Assembly (NCBI RefSeq): GCF_006345805.1
Contig: NC_043001.1
Span: forward strand, 45,260,001 to 45,324,000
Direction of reading: 5' to 3'
Source of the DNA: Octopus sinensis
Lineage: Eukaryota
DNA: 64,000 nucleotides
This document shows positions 12,722 through 25,322 of the stretch, in pieces. The notes under the pieces are model-generated. The model had not been told where the DNA came from. It worked only from the letters and a program-made list of their open reading frames with translations, and did no database searches. The translations under genes and the position numbers were made by a program. Positions within the stretch are counted from its first letter, which is position 1. Each line of letters starts with the position of its first letter.

Positions 12722-12730
12722 ATGTGAAGT
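12722..12730 (-). CDS. Candidate 9-nt microexon ACTTCACAT
   Basis: Long pyrimidine tract ending ttgttattgcag; donor CAT|gtatga; frame-preserving. Confidence 0.4.
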
Positions 12731-13420
12731 CTGCAATAACAAATGAGATTAAAAAGAAACCCACAATACACAGACAGGCCACTGCCCAATAAATTTCTCA
12801 TTTCTAATATATACAATCTTACATCTTTCTTTTCCTTTATTGTTTTCACTCATATTTTATTATTCTCTCTCTCTCTCTCATGTGTGTGTGAGAGAGAGAG
12901 AGAGAGATTTTTTAAAGGAATTTTAGTCAACAACCTAGTACCAACAGTTTCATACAGGCTAATTAGCTAGAAGTAATTCAAACATACCCCTTTGTTGAAT
13001 AACAACTGGTTAGTCAGCCAATTAGACCATTGATGCAAGGCTGTTGGATAATTAAATTCCATTAAAACGTATATATATATATGCATTATTCATGTGCATC
13101 TATCAATATATAAACAAATGTGAGGGATGAATATTCAATACACACAGTAGAGTTAACACTAACAATTAAAAACAGATTTTATATCATTGGTTATCTGAGT
13201 TTTATATGGTTGCTTTTTGCTACGATTAAATTTTTTATTATAACATACAAGATTATTTCAGAAATATAAATTCTAGTACTTAAAATTCAACCATATCAAG
13301 GTCCAAGCTGTAGTCCCAAGCTGACCAATACATTGTGAGAGAATTTGATAGAGTAAAATTGTATGAAACCTGTTTTCTCTCTCTCTCTCTTTGCAGATGT
13401 AAAAACAAATGAACAAATAT

Positions 13421-13452
<32 letters not shown>

Positions 13453-14068
13453 CTTCATTTACTTTTTCAATTGATTTCTTTCCTTTGTATATGTATATAC
13501 ACACATGACTAACTCAACCTGATGTCACAACAGTTGCTACAAGAATCAATAAAAACAACAACAACAAAATTTAATTGCTGTAATAATTTGATAATAGAAA
13601 AATGCATGTGCTGATCTTAAAGTATTGAAGGAAATGCAATAGATATTAACATGAAATACATAATACAGAGAGACATTAAGAAAGAGAAATAGCTTTTGCT
13701 AAGAAACCCTTTGCCAAAGCAAGGTTCCGACACCAAAGAGATCATCTACAGATTTGTTAAGAAATATGAACAGGAGAGAATATAGCTGTCAACATGAAAT
13801 GTAACTGACATTTGTTCAGCCAAGCAAAAATTGATAATGTTAGTCGCATAAATTGTCCTAGTTTAGCAAGTCAATCAAATGAAAGACTATCTTATTGTAT
13901 AATACAGGCAATCCCTAACAATATCTGGATAATAATAGTAGTAGTGGTGGTAGTAGCGGTTTTGGTGGTGAGAAAATTAACATGATTATATGATTATGTA
14001 TGCAACAGAGGAAGACTTATGGTAGGGATTACATGACAAAACAATAGGATTCAAATCTTTGTGATTAT

Positions 14069-14121
14069 ATGTGTGTGTGTGTGTGTATGTATATGTATGT
14101 ATGTATGTGTGTGTGTGTGTA

Positions 14122-14167
<46 letters not shown>

Positions 14168-14244
14168 TTATATATAAAAAAAAACTTTTTGCAAAAGTTT
14201 CTACTGATAATGGTTCTTTTTCCATACCAAAACTACTTGGTAAA

Positions 14245-14328
<84 letters not shown>
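14069..14328. repeat. Mirror compound microsatellite (GT)n(AT)n..(AT)n(AC)n
   Basis: Visible directly; source of several spurious ORFs. Confidence 0.9.
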
Positions 14329-14329
<1 letters not shown>

Positions 14330-15154
14330 TGTGCGATAGGTAAATTGTTGCCATTTTATATCTTTATGTGCATTGTTTGTTTTTGATTTTGTAGGGTCTC
14401 TGTGAGAAAAAACACCACCATGACGCAATTCACTCTGCCAGAAATTTGGAAATGACATGCTGTACTGCTTGGCATTTGCACCAGATGTTCCAATATGAAC
14501 ATTTTGGAGTGTTTGGGTGTCAATTTGAGAACAGTGCAATCTGAGGATATGTACCGAGAGTGATAAATATCAAACATCTAGGCAACATCATAGTATTTGG
14601 AGTGATCATTAGTAATTGTGACATTATGTCTTTATCCATCTTCCCACACAGCCTCAGACTCAACATCGAGGCCTACATCAAGTGCCTGCAGGAGGTAGTG
14701 CTGCTCTGGGTCAAAAGGGTGGCTGCTGGATGACCCTGTATTTGGCAACAGGACTCTGCACCATGCCACACATGCAGGAGAACCCAGTCATGGCTGTCAG
14801 ACAATTTCTGCAATCACATCACCCTTAACATCCTCAGGCTGCAACCCCTTGATTATTATGTGTGGGGCACAGTTGAGCAAGAGACCATCAAAACTCCTTG
14901 TAACACCAAAGATGAACTGAAGGCAAGGATTATGGCAGCATTCATTAACTTAAACAAGGAGACCATCCAAAAGAGCTGCAGGAGATTCTGAAGTCATCTG
15001 GAGGCTGTGACTGAAGCCAATGATGATTTTATTGAATAAATTTACTCCTTAGCATTTCAAGATATTTTTATGCAAATTTGATAAATATATCAGTTAAAAT
15101 GAGATGTCAGTGTTATTTTCATTTTTGTATAATTTAGAGAACAGTTTATTCACC
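14327..15154 (+). mobile_element. Internally deleted Tc1/mariner element resembling the maT/DD37D group
   Basis: ATG 14420, HTH-like start, WQQDSAPCHT and CNPLDYYVWG motifs, stop at 15037-15039; degenerate TIRs; spacing not countable because of a deletion. Confidence 0.8.
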
Positions 15155-15178
15155 ATATATATATGTGTGAGTATATAA

Positions 15179-15216
<38 letters not shown>

Positions 15217-16399
15217 TCATCATCATCATCATTGTTTAACGTCCGCTTTCCATGCTAGCATGGGTTGGATGGTTCAACTGGGGTCTGGCAAGCCCGAAGG
15301 CTGCACCAGGCCAGTCAGATCTGGCAGTGTTTCTACAGCTGGATGCCCTTCCTAATGCCAACACACACATGCACACATATACAATAATTTCAAATTCCCA
15401 GAAATGATCAAGAGACGGGATACTATATTTCATGATTTTTTTCCCTAGAATATTATGCAAAAAAACCCCAAAAAACATGTCAGGCCATGGGTAAATAATG
15501 CCTTGTTTGGAAACAGATAAAAGTTGGTGACAGGGAGAGCATCAGGTCATAGGAAATCTACCTCAATAAATTCCATCTGATCCATGCAAGCATGGAAAAG
15601 CGGATGTCAAAACAATGATGATGAGGAATTTCCAGAAACCACGAAATAAGAGACATGTTATGATTTATATCCTAGAATTCCTGAAAACACATTTAGAAAT
15701 ATGCTAAATAACCATATTTTCTTTTAAGTGTCTCCACACAGACATTGTTCTTGTATGTATGTGCACAAATTTTAGAAAAAGTATATAAAACATCAATAAT
15801 AGAATTTATCATAAGAAACAATTACAAAAATTCAAGAAAGCTATGAAAGTCCAACATGCTAAGTTTTATGTGCATCATGAAGTAGTGAGGTAAAAACTGA
15901 AATGCATAAAAAAATTACCCATTTCAGTTCTCAACATTTCAGATGCTTCTAGTACTAAATTACAGATACAGTCCACTAATAATGTACCCAATTTTACGCA
16001 CAAGGCTTGGAGAAAAACAATACTTATTTAAAGACTTCTGCCCAAGATAACACATAGAGATGAAACATTTGCAGATGGTAAATGCTAGTTTGAAAAGTGT
16101 CAGTAAAAACTGGTGTTTCTTGAAACAAATTAATTTTTGAATGGTTAGAACATATCCCCATTCTCTCCATTAATAATAATGGATTGATTTTGTATTGATT
16201 TTATTTAGAAATCAAACAATCAAAAATCTGTCAAATATTCAAATCAGTACACCTGGTTTGACAAAGTGCATAATAGTAATAATTTTCAATAGTGGTTAGT
16301 TGAAAGAAATGTAAGTGGTTGTGACAAAATTGTAATAGTGTTTAAAACTGCAGTTCATAAATTTTTTTACAACTGCCAGTCCTTTCTTGTTAGGTGAGT

Positions 16400-17880
16400 C
16401 TCAAAACACCATATTCTATCTCTGCAGATAGAGCATGATAATCTCCAATTCACTTTTTACTATTCAACCATCTGAAATGGTCAACACATGCCAGATTTCA
16501 TCACTGAAAATAACCATCTAAGCCTAAATACCAAATTTCAAAAAGAGAGATCTAGACTATGGACACATACCTATTCCATTGGAGTCACAGCCCAACTTGA
16601 CTATGTCTTCATAAACACGGAGTGAAAAAAAGTGCTCTATATAATTCCATTGACTGAGTTAGTTCTGGCCATCTAGTACTATCTACCAGAATTCAACCAA
16701 GCTTATGTACCATAAAGAAGAAACATCAAAATTTCTTTCATATGACTGGTCAGTACTTAACAACAGTACGTCATCTTGACCAAACACAAGCAGAAACTTA
16801 AATCAACTCGTCAAATGCAATATACAGTAATTTTATTATCTCTCAACAACAAACTACAGAAGAATGTTTTCCTATCAAGACAAAAATCGAATGTTAACTC
16901 TCATAGGAGTCTTAAACAATTACTGAGATGTGCAATCAATTGAAGGATGTACATCTTATTTTAAAATCAACTAAGCTTTCCAACCTAACAACAGAAATAT
17001 GTTGAAAGCAAAATGCTAGCATGCAGCTGTAAACAAACAATACTCCAGAGCATTGCAAATTGCTAATGAAATCAGTGGCAGACAAATATGAATAAATTGA
17101 AACTAAAAGCCACAATTCTGCAGGAACAACTAAACAAGTACAAAGAACACTTTCAAAACTTTCTCAGTAATTCAGGAGCAATTTCAGATAAAACACAGAA
17201 GCTTATATTAAACACAATCCCGACATCAAACTTTGTGATTTCACATGAGATGAACTTACTGGTATCCTGAAAAGGACCAACAGAGAAGAAAACAAAAACA
17301 AGAAGTTTGGGTTACACAACATTTCAGTAATATCTGCCCTCAATTTTGTAATGTAGTGATCATCAATTAATGACCATTTTCTATGCTGGCATAGGTTGGA
17401 TGGTTTGAGAGGATTCAGTGAGCTGTGTCAGCTTTGACGTGTTTTCTACAGCTGAATGCCCTTCCTAAAACCAATCAACTTACAGGTGTATACAGGGTGC
17501 TATTTTTTTTTTTGTGCCACTGTCACTAGTGAAGTTACCAAGTAAGTCGCAAGACAGAAAAGGGAAAACAGTATTGGTGGGTTTATTAAAGGGAAGGTGG
17601 CTTTATGCCAGGTGATGAGAGGCTAAAGTATTGTGGGAGGAGAAGCACAGAGGAGATGTGTGGCTACCACACATTATATAAAAATGAGTAGCAATAATTG
17701 GGAAGAGGATGAAGATGAATATGGTAGAGATGGGGTACCAGAGAAAACTCAAGGTACAACTAAATAATCAAACTACCAATTAAGAAGTAAGCTGAATGTA
17801 GTATTCTCCCATTCCCCAAAGAAAGTAATTCAGATGTGGCTAAAAGTAAGCAACATCTGATAGCAGCAAACATCTGTAAC
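16400..17880 (+). mobile_element. Decayed RTE/RTEX-like LINE (APE endonuclease to start of RT), interrupted by a family C repeat at about 17360-17760
   Basis: Reads LNTKFQKERSRLWTHTYSIGVTAQLDYVFIN; later remnants of LP.PKK and AA.I.N. Confidence 0.7.
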
Positions 17881-19361
17881 AAATTGTTGTGGAACCAGCA
17901 TTATAATAGACATTAATAAAAGTTATTGACTGGAAAAATAATTCATACAATTATGTAAATTAGCACAGTTTTTTTGAAAAAAATTTCCTAGGAAACAACA
18001 AAAAAAACTGTGAGGGTAAAATCTTAATTTAGGTTCTATATTTGCTTGCTCGTTTATTTATTTACTTTTTGCATAAGCTCAATTTGCATACATACACATG
18101 ATAAGCTTTTGTCTAGCACATCCACTTACATAGCAATAACCAAAGATATTTGCACAGAGGATCACACAGTGAGATAGAACTCGAAGACAAGTAGTTATGA
18201 AGCCAGTTCCATATTCACACTGCCTCCCATACCTGCTCTACACACACACATGAATGTACAACAAGAAATAAAAATACTCAGTACAAAGGAGTGTATATGC
18301 ATGTGTGTGTGCATATATACATATATATATATCTATCAGTAGTCATAGCAGATGATTTTCATCTGTCAATGATATAAATATGAATGCTTTTATATACCAA
18401 GATTCCGTATGAGAGGTCCTCTGAAGGTAAATAACATGGTATTCTGTGTTCTAACAAGTCATTCATATTAAGTTGGATATAAAGATTACCTTTTGGTATT
18501 AATACTGCTTCTATCACTATTAATTACACACACACACAAATATACTCATTTATGTTGAGTATTTATACATATTATAACTAATGGTGTGTGCGTGTGTTTG
18601 CACGCACGTGTCTGTTCACAAAATTGGTAGTCTAGCATTGATGTATGTCACCATGAAATACCATGAATTCAGAACAACAAAAGAGATAGATGTTGTTATT
18701 GCTCTTTAGTCCCAGTTTGATCTGAGTCAAACAAACTTATGATCAAGAGCATTCTAGTCAATACCATCCAATTCCTTTTCATATATGGTATGTCTTGAAC
18801 CATATCATCTAATGCATGCTTCTGTTTTTAAGATGGTAGAGTGAGAGTACAGGGAGATATGGCTTCTAGTTGAAGCAGATCAACAGACCAAATGGAGACA
18901 CTCTTATAGGCTGTATGGTGACTGGGGTGACATGAGATGAAACAGAGGTCAAGGATTTCAATGGGACCTATTTTCAAGCAAATATATTTGTGCATATGCA
19001 CTTATGCAAATGAGCACATGTGTGCATGTATGTGTGTGCATCCATGTGTGCATGTGCATGCAAGTGTTTTATTATTAATTATGTTTCTGTGAGTAATGAA
19101 CAATGAATAATAAAGATTGTCATTATCAATCTTTTAGACTAGATATATAACTACTTAGCTATTGTATAGAAACATAAGTTGAAGAACATGGAGTTATCTG
19201 TAGCTTTTAAGAAATACACCATATATATATATATTTTAATTTTTGGATGATCCTGTATCAATTTCACTAGTTATATTTTTAATTATTTAATCATTCGACG
19301 TCCACCCACCAATAGGAATTCATCATGTAAAATTTTAAACTGAACTTTACCACAAACAATG

Positions 19362-19448
19362 AACCCTGAAGAAGGAAATATTATTCGATGGAGTTGAATA
19401 GAGACTGTTCCAGCAGCCCCTTAATATTTTCTGAAACTGCCGTAGGTT
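19362..19448 (+). ncRNA. Type-I hammerhead ribozyme motif with minimal stem III (Penelope-type)
   Basis: AACC-CTGAAGA-stem II (AGGAAATATTA/TAATATTTTCT)-GAAA-C(TGCC)G-TA-GGTT; all core nucleotides present; GUA cleavage triplet at 19442-19444. Confidence 0.7.
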
Positions 19449-19814
19449 GTAACTGACTTTTACTTTTCATGGTTTTTAACTGACTTTTACCTTCATATCT
19501 CGTATTACTGAACTCTATTCTCCCTCGGATACATGTATCTACAAAAGCATAGATGGTTTTCATGGTATTATATATTAGTTTATTTACATTTTATATATTG
19601 TTATTTTTATTGTTTATATCTTTTTATTATGTTTTATTACTTTTTATTATTTGAATTTTTAATATAAACATATATCCCATCCAAGTCTTATAAATCACTG
19701 TAAGCATGATTTCATTTTTGGATGTAAAATACTGACAACTGAAATTTTTATCTTCTACAAAAAAACAAAACAAAAACAGTTGTACTATAAACGGAGTATT
19801 GTCTCCATTGAAAA

Positions 19815-19857
19815 TTATATATATATATATATATAAATATACAATCACATCATCAAG

Positions 19858-19908
<51 letters not shown>

Positions 19909-20020
19909 ATGTATGAGTGTGTATGTCTGTGTGTATATATATATGGTGTATTTCTTAAAAGCTACAGATATGTATGTACATACACACATATATATATATA
20001 TATTATATATATATATATAT
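19815..20020. repeat. (TA)n/(TG)n compound microsatellite
   Basis: Visible directly. Confidence 0.9.
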
Positions 20021-20303
20021 AAACTGAATAAGAAAAGAGAATACCCAAAACTCAAATAGAATTACTCCAAATAAATATATGTGAGTGCCCCCCCCCTCAC
20101 ACACACACAAATACACCTGCACATGTATACAAACAGATATAATTTTAGGGATTGCCTGTAATATTTAAAACCTTTACTTGACATTTCTAAATATCTACTA
20201 CACTTGCTGTTCATTTTTCTTGAAGACGCAAAGTTTACAAAAGCCTATTATAGTGCTAAAAGGTAAAAATGACTAGTGCTCATGAAATATTGAATAGAAA
20301 TAC

Positions 20304-20342
20304 CTTATTTCTTTGTCTGCTCGGATAAGACAATGGTCTGAT
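20304..20342 (-). CDS. Candidate 39-nt exon (SDHCLIRADKEI in phase 2; IRPLSYPSRQRNK in phase 0)
   Basis: tttgcatgtttccag|...AAG|gtattt; length 3n; CpG retained. Confidence 0.55.
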
Positions 20343-20629
20343 CTGGAAACATGCAAATAGCCAGTGAATATAAATAAATAAATATATATATAAATTTTCA
20401 CAAGGAAAAGGTTGACAAGGACTTCAAAGTTTCAACTTACTTGCCATCATCAGACAATTAAGCTTTTCCTTGTGAAAAAATATATACTCTACTAAAAAGT
20501 ATTGAGTGATTTTTTTCAGCTTAATGTCAAAATTATATAAATATATCTTCACAAAAAACAAACATTAATACATACATATACACATATATATATACTATAG
20601 GAAACACTAATTTTATAATAATGATGATG

Positions 20630-21160
20630 GTTAAGACGATTTCTTTTATTTGCCACAAGGGCATCTGATGAAGATGATAGTTTCCAATTTGTGTGGTGTT
20701 TTACATAGAAAATGATGAGGAGAGGAAGGTTGAGATAAAAAGTATATATAGTATACAAAATATGTGAACACATGTATGATACAGTCCTCCTAATACAGAT
20801 CTCTAACTGGAGCCAATCAAGGAACCCCATAGAACCAGGATCACCCTGACCACAAAGAGCACAAGCCCTTGCACAACGGTTATTCTCCAATCTACAGATG
20901 CATGCTTGGAGAAATTCTATTCACCCTGACCATTTTTGCACAGATGCCTATCTCTTAGCAAATTTCCACTCTCATTTTCCTTTCCAAGGAGAACTTGAAA
21001 GAAAGTTGACAAGGGTTTCACCGAAGATAAAGTTGTCTGTTCACAATCCTTTCAACAGCTCCTATCACATAACCTTTTTCTCCATAGCCACTAGACTGAG
21101 GAACACTGCATGACTTGCCTTGCTAAAAATAGGCAGTAGAGTGATTCTCACAATGCACTT
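20630..21160 (-). mobile_element. Probable 3' end of a Tx1/L1-like LINE
   Basis: Degenerate ORF2-like C-terminus (AVFLSLVAM, RKMRVE), then UTR with AATAAA and a short repeat tail; family assignment from recall. Confidence 0.45.
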
Positions 21161-21195
<35 letters not shown>

Positions 21196-23790
21196 TCACT
21201 TTAATATAGGCACAAGGCCTGAAATTTGTGGGGAGAAGGATAGTTGATTACATCAAACCCAAACTCAACTGCTATTTATTTTATTGACCCTGAAAGGATG
21301 AAAGGCAAAGTCAATCTCAGTAAAATTTGAATTCAGAATGTAAAGACAGATGAAATGCTGCTAAGCATTTTCTCTGGCATGCTAACAATTCTGTCAGCTC
21401 ACTGCCATAATAATAATAATATAACAATGATGATGATGATTCTTAGCATAGGTTTGTTGTCATATGTTTGGCGGGTATGGATATAGTTGATTGAATGGAC
21501 CCCAATCCTTAGCTGGTACTTACTTTATTGACACTTTTAAGTATGAAATCCAGTCAGCTTTAATAGTATTTGAACTTAGAGCATAAAGCGAACTAACTAC
21601 CACAAGGTATTTTACCCAGCATACTACTGATTTTATCACCAATCCCTAAAAATAATAACAAAACAATCATTTCTAATATTGGCAAAAGGCCTTAAATTTG
21701 TGAGTGGGAGTTAGTACTTGACTAATACTTTATTTTATTGACATTGAAAGTACAAATGACGAAGTTGACTTCAGCCAGATATGAACTCAGAATGTAAAGA
21801 GTTAGAACAAATAATTATAATATACTAATTATGCTAACACTAATGATTCCTAATTTAGGTGCAAGGCCATCAATTTTGAGGAGAAGCTGTTGGCTGATAC
21901 TATCGATCTCACTACTTCACTGGTACTTTATTTTATCAACACTAAAGGATGAAAGGCAAACTTGGGCCTTGCAGGAATTGAACTCAGAAGAACATTCTGA
22001 GTTCAAATTTTGCCAAGACCAACTTGGTCTTTCATGCTTTGGGTCAGAAGAAATACAACAAAGTATTCTGTCTAACACTAATGTTTCTACCAACCCACTA
22101 CACTTGATGTAATAACACCACATTATTATTGTTCATAAACACTCAACAGTTAGAAAAGAAAAGAATCCTAACATCGGGCTACAACAAGTAACTTTAGATG
22201 CCAAGAATCCTCCAAAGTATTTTAACTTTCCCTAATAACACTGTTTTCTGCAGCTGTACTAATCTGGGTTTTATGCTAATTTCTTCTATCCATCTGTTCA
22301 GATCTTTAGGGGTACTTCCTAATGCACCTACAACTACTTGGATGCATTTTACCCACACTTTCCATAGTCTCTGTAATTCAATAGCTAGGTCCTGGTACTT
22401 TGCTATTTTTTCATCATTTGGGACTGTAAAGTCAATTATTTGGCACTTTCTATTCTCTTTATCTACTACTACCAAATCAAGCCTTCTAGCTTCTATTACT
22501 CTGTCAGTCTGAATGCTAAAGTCCCACAACATCTTGTATTTCTTACTTTCTAGTACTTTATTAGGTTCATGTATCAGTATGTTCAAATCCTAGCTTTCTA
22601 CATAGCTCCCAGTGGATTGCTTTCCCTAGATTGTCATATCTTCTTCTTCTTCTTCTTATTTTTATTATTATTATTATTATTATTACTAAGGTGGCAAACT
22701 GGCAGAATCATTAGCATGCTGGGCAAAATGCTTAGCAGCATTTCATCCTTCACTATTTCTGAGTTCAAATTCTGCTGAGGTTGACTTTGCCGTTCATCCT
22801 TTTGGGGTCGGTAAATTAGGTACCAGTGAGACATTGGGGTTGATGTAATCGACTAGTCCCCTCCCCACCAAATTTCAGGCCTTGTGCCTTCAGTTGAAAG
22901 GATTATTATCATTATTATTGTTGTAGCTGTTGTTAAGGCAATGAGCTGACAGATTCACCAGCACACCAAATATAATGCTTAGTGGCATTTTGTCCATCTT
23001 TATGTTCTGAGTTTACATTCCACCCAGGTTGACTTCACCTTTCATCCTGTTGAGGGTTGATAAACTAAGTATCAGTTGACAACTGGGAAAACTGTAATCG
23101 GCTCGCCCCGTTCTCCAAAATTTCAGACCTTGGGCCTATAGCAGAAAGGATTATTACTATTTTTATTGTTATCAACAAGGTGGAAAACTGGTAGAATCAT
23201 TAGCATGCCAGACAAAATGCTTAGTGACTTTTTGTCTGCCTTTACATTCTGAGTTCAAATTCTGTCAAGATCAGTTTTGCTTTTCATCCTTTTAGGTTAT
23301 AAATTAAGTACCAGTCAAGTACTGGGGTTGATGTAATTGACTTCCCCCTCCCCTCAAAAACTGCTGGCTTGTGTCAAAATTTGAAACCATTACTATTATC
23401 ATTATTATTAATAGCAACAGCAGCAGTAACACTAGCAGTGAGTGAAGATTTGATTTAAAGAAATATTTGCATAAAATTTTTGCATTGAATAAAAATTTGT
23501 ATTTCTTTAGAGTTTGAAGCTGGAATGTATATAATTTTTCAGAGAACCTAATTGTTTGACAAGGATATCAACAATTTCAAAAGAATTCAATATTAGTTTC
23601 AAATTTTAGCACAAGGCCAGCAAGTTTGAGAGATGAGGCAAGTTGATTACATCAAACCCAGTGATCAACACCAAAAAGATGAAAGGCAAAGTCAACCGCA
23701 GCAGAATTCAAACTCAGAATGTGAAAGTGAACAAAATGCCGCCAAGCATTTTACCCAATGGGCTAACATTTCTGCCAGCTCACAGCCTCA
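21160..23790. mobile_element. Family A SINE cluster: about 4 minus copies (21200-22000), 3 plus copies (22688-23390), 1 minus copy (23597-23788)
   Basis: Repeated units of about 210 bp bounded by (AAT)n/(TTA)n. Confidence 0.88.
22120..22586 (-). mobile_element. 3' fragment of an R4/Dong-like non-LTR retrotransposon (restriction-like endonuclease domain)
   Basis: ORF 22194-22586 has LWDFSIQTD, RRLDLVVVDK, IIDFTVP, KYQDL and VVVGALG; short 3' UTR ending in AATAATAAT. Confidence 0.85.
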
Positions 23791-24892
23791 GAAAAGAGAG
23801 AGAGAGAAAAAAAAGAATTTAATATTAAAAAAGAAGTATACAAGCCTTTTTCCATCTTTACTAGTAATATAAAAATTGTTCCAGTTATCAAAAGTACTAA
23901 TAGCCAAAACAATTTGCATATCGTAAAGAAAGATGGAATAGAATTGTATATTCTATAATTTTTTAAACTGTATCTTTGTTTAGTGGTAAATAAGGAGTTA
24001 ATGATCTAATAAAGATTTGAATTAAATTAATTAGAAATATCATATGGTGATTTTTTTTTTCTTTTGTTAGGTTTTCTAACCTTTTATTTTACTGAAAATT
24101 TCTTCAAAATTGAATATTTACTATTGCTGTCTGTTTCAGGATCCCTTCAAAAAGGACACATTAAAGCAATCTTTTGTTATTTATTCCTAAGTTGTGTGAC
24201 ATTCCAAGATAATTCGATATCCTCTCTCAACAGCTAAGGTGAAATGAAACTATATAAAACATTTCCTAATCAGAATGCCTGCACAAGATTTGAACTACTA
24301 ACCTACTGGCAGAAAGTCAATACCTTTGCTATTAGACATCTTATTGCTACTCAAGGGAAAATTTTAGGCCAACACTGCCAACTAATAAAATATATCATTC
24401 TAATGTTATTTAACCAAAGTAGGTTTTGCTTAACTAAATCTATGATTAAATGCATCCCAGCCATGACCACCCAGGCATTGGGTGATCCAATACAATGCTC
24501 TGCAATGTAGTCTGAAATATTAGCTTGTTTAACATGATAAGGGAAATTTGGCTGCTATTTCTAACAGATGCATTCCTCTATGGTACTATTTCTATCCAAA
24601 TGGACTGGACACTTGGGAGTTCAGTACTTTTACTAGTAATAGTATTGTGTCTATAAGATGTGAACAGTAGTGTTATCACCTGGTAGGGCCACATCATATC
24701 AATTTCGTCAGTAAAAGTACAATTGAAATTAAGAAAAATCAATGATTATGTACACAAAAATATAACTTATATTACTCTTTCAAATATGGATTAGACCCAA
24801 GAGTTAACTATATATTGATAGTTAATTTTTAAAATTATATGTTAGCTAGGCAAAAGAGAAAAAAACTGAAAATATATTATAAATTAATATAC

Positions 24893-24908
24893 TGAAAAGT
24901 GTTAAACG
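24893..24908 (-). CDS. Candidate 16-nt microexon (AFNTF), phase 1 to 2
   Basis: Very strong acceptor ttttcttatttcttttcag, weak donor TCA|gtatat; 14+16=30 nt. Confidence 0.4.
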
Positions 24909-25308
24909 CTGAAAAGAAATAAGAAAAATAAAATAGAAAACACTGTCATTCATTTTGCCTTAAACAATATCAATAAAAAAAGGAAAGTGGAAAATAAAAT
25001 TACAGATTATCTGAAATTGCTATTTTTTAAATGACAATTCACTACAGGAGCAGAACAAAGCTAATATTTTTTAATAGTGATTGAATTTTAGCTATTCGTA
25101 TTTTAATCTTAATGAGAAAACATGAATAGAAAAGTAGCTACAATTGAGATAAAAGATACTAATCTAAAAGGAAACAAAAACAAAAACTTTTTACTTCTCT
25201 AGAAAAGCTTCAGAAAACACATATGCACAACACACACGCACACAGATGATCTTTTAAAATTGTCTTAATAAAACGATGAAAATTTTCTAGCCAAAGAAAA
25301 CAAGTTAC

Positions 25309-25322
25309 CTGTAGCTGCCAGT
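25309..25322 (-). CDS. Candidate 14-nt microexon (RLAAT), phase 2 to 1
   Basis: tgcttgctacctacacag|ACTGGCAGCTACAG|gtaact; UGC motifs upstream; frame restored by the 16-nt exon 400 nt downstream. Confidence 0.45.

Noticed and set aside
13708-13745. Strong minus acceptor followed by DDLFGVGTLLWQR
   Set aside because: Donor gtttct is poor and the phase-2 reading stops at once; could be a terminal or poison exon but is unsupported.
13986-14386. Overlapping 90-122 aa ORFs rich in YI/CV/HT
   Set aside because: Translations of dinucleotide microsatellites; the same applies to ORFs near 13280, 19800, 44060, 47300 and 52600.
15919-15948. 30-nt minus candidate EASEMLRTEM
   Set aside because: Weak acceptor; open only in phase 1, where the chain is phase 2.
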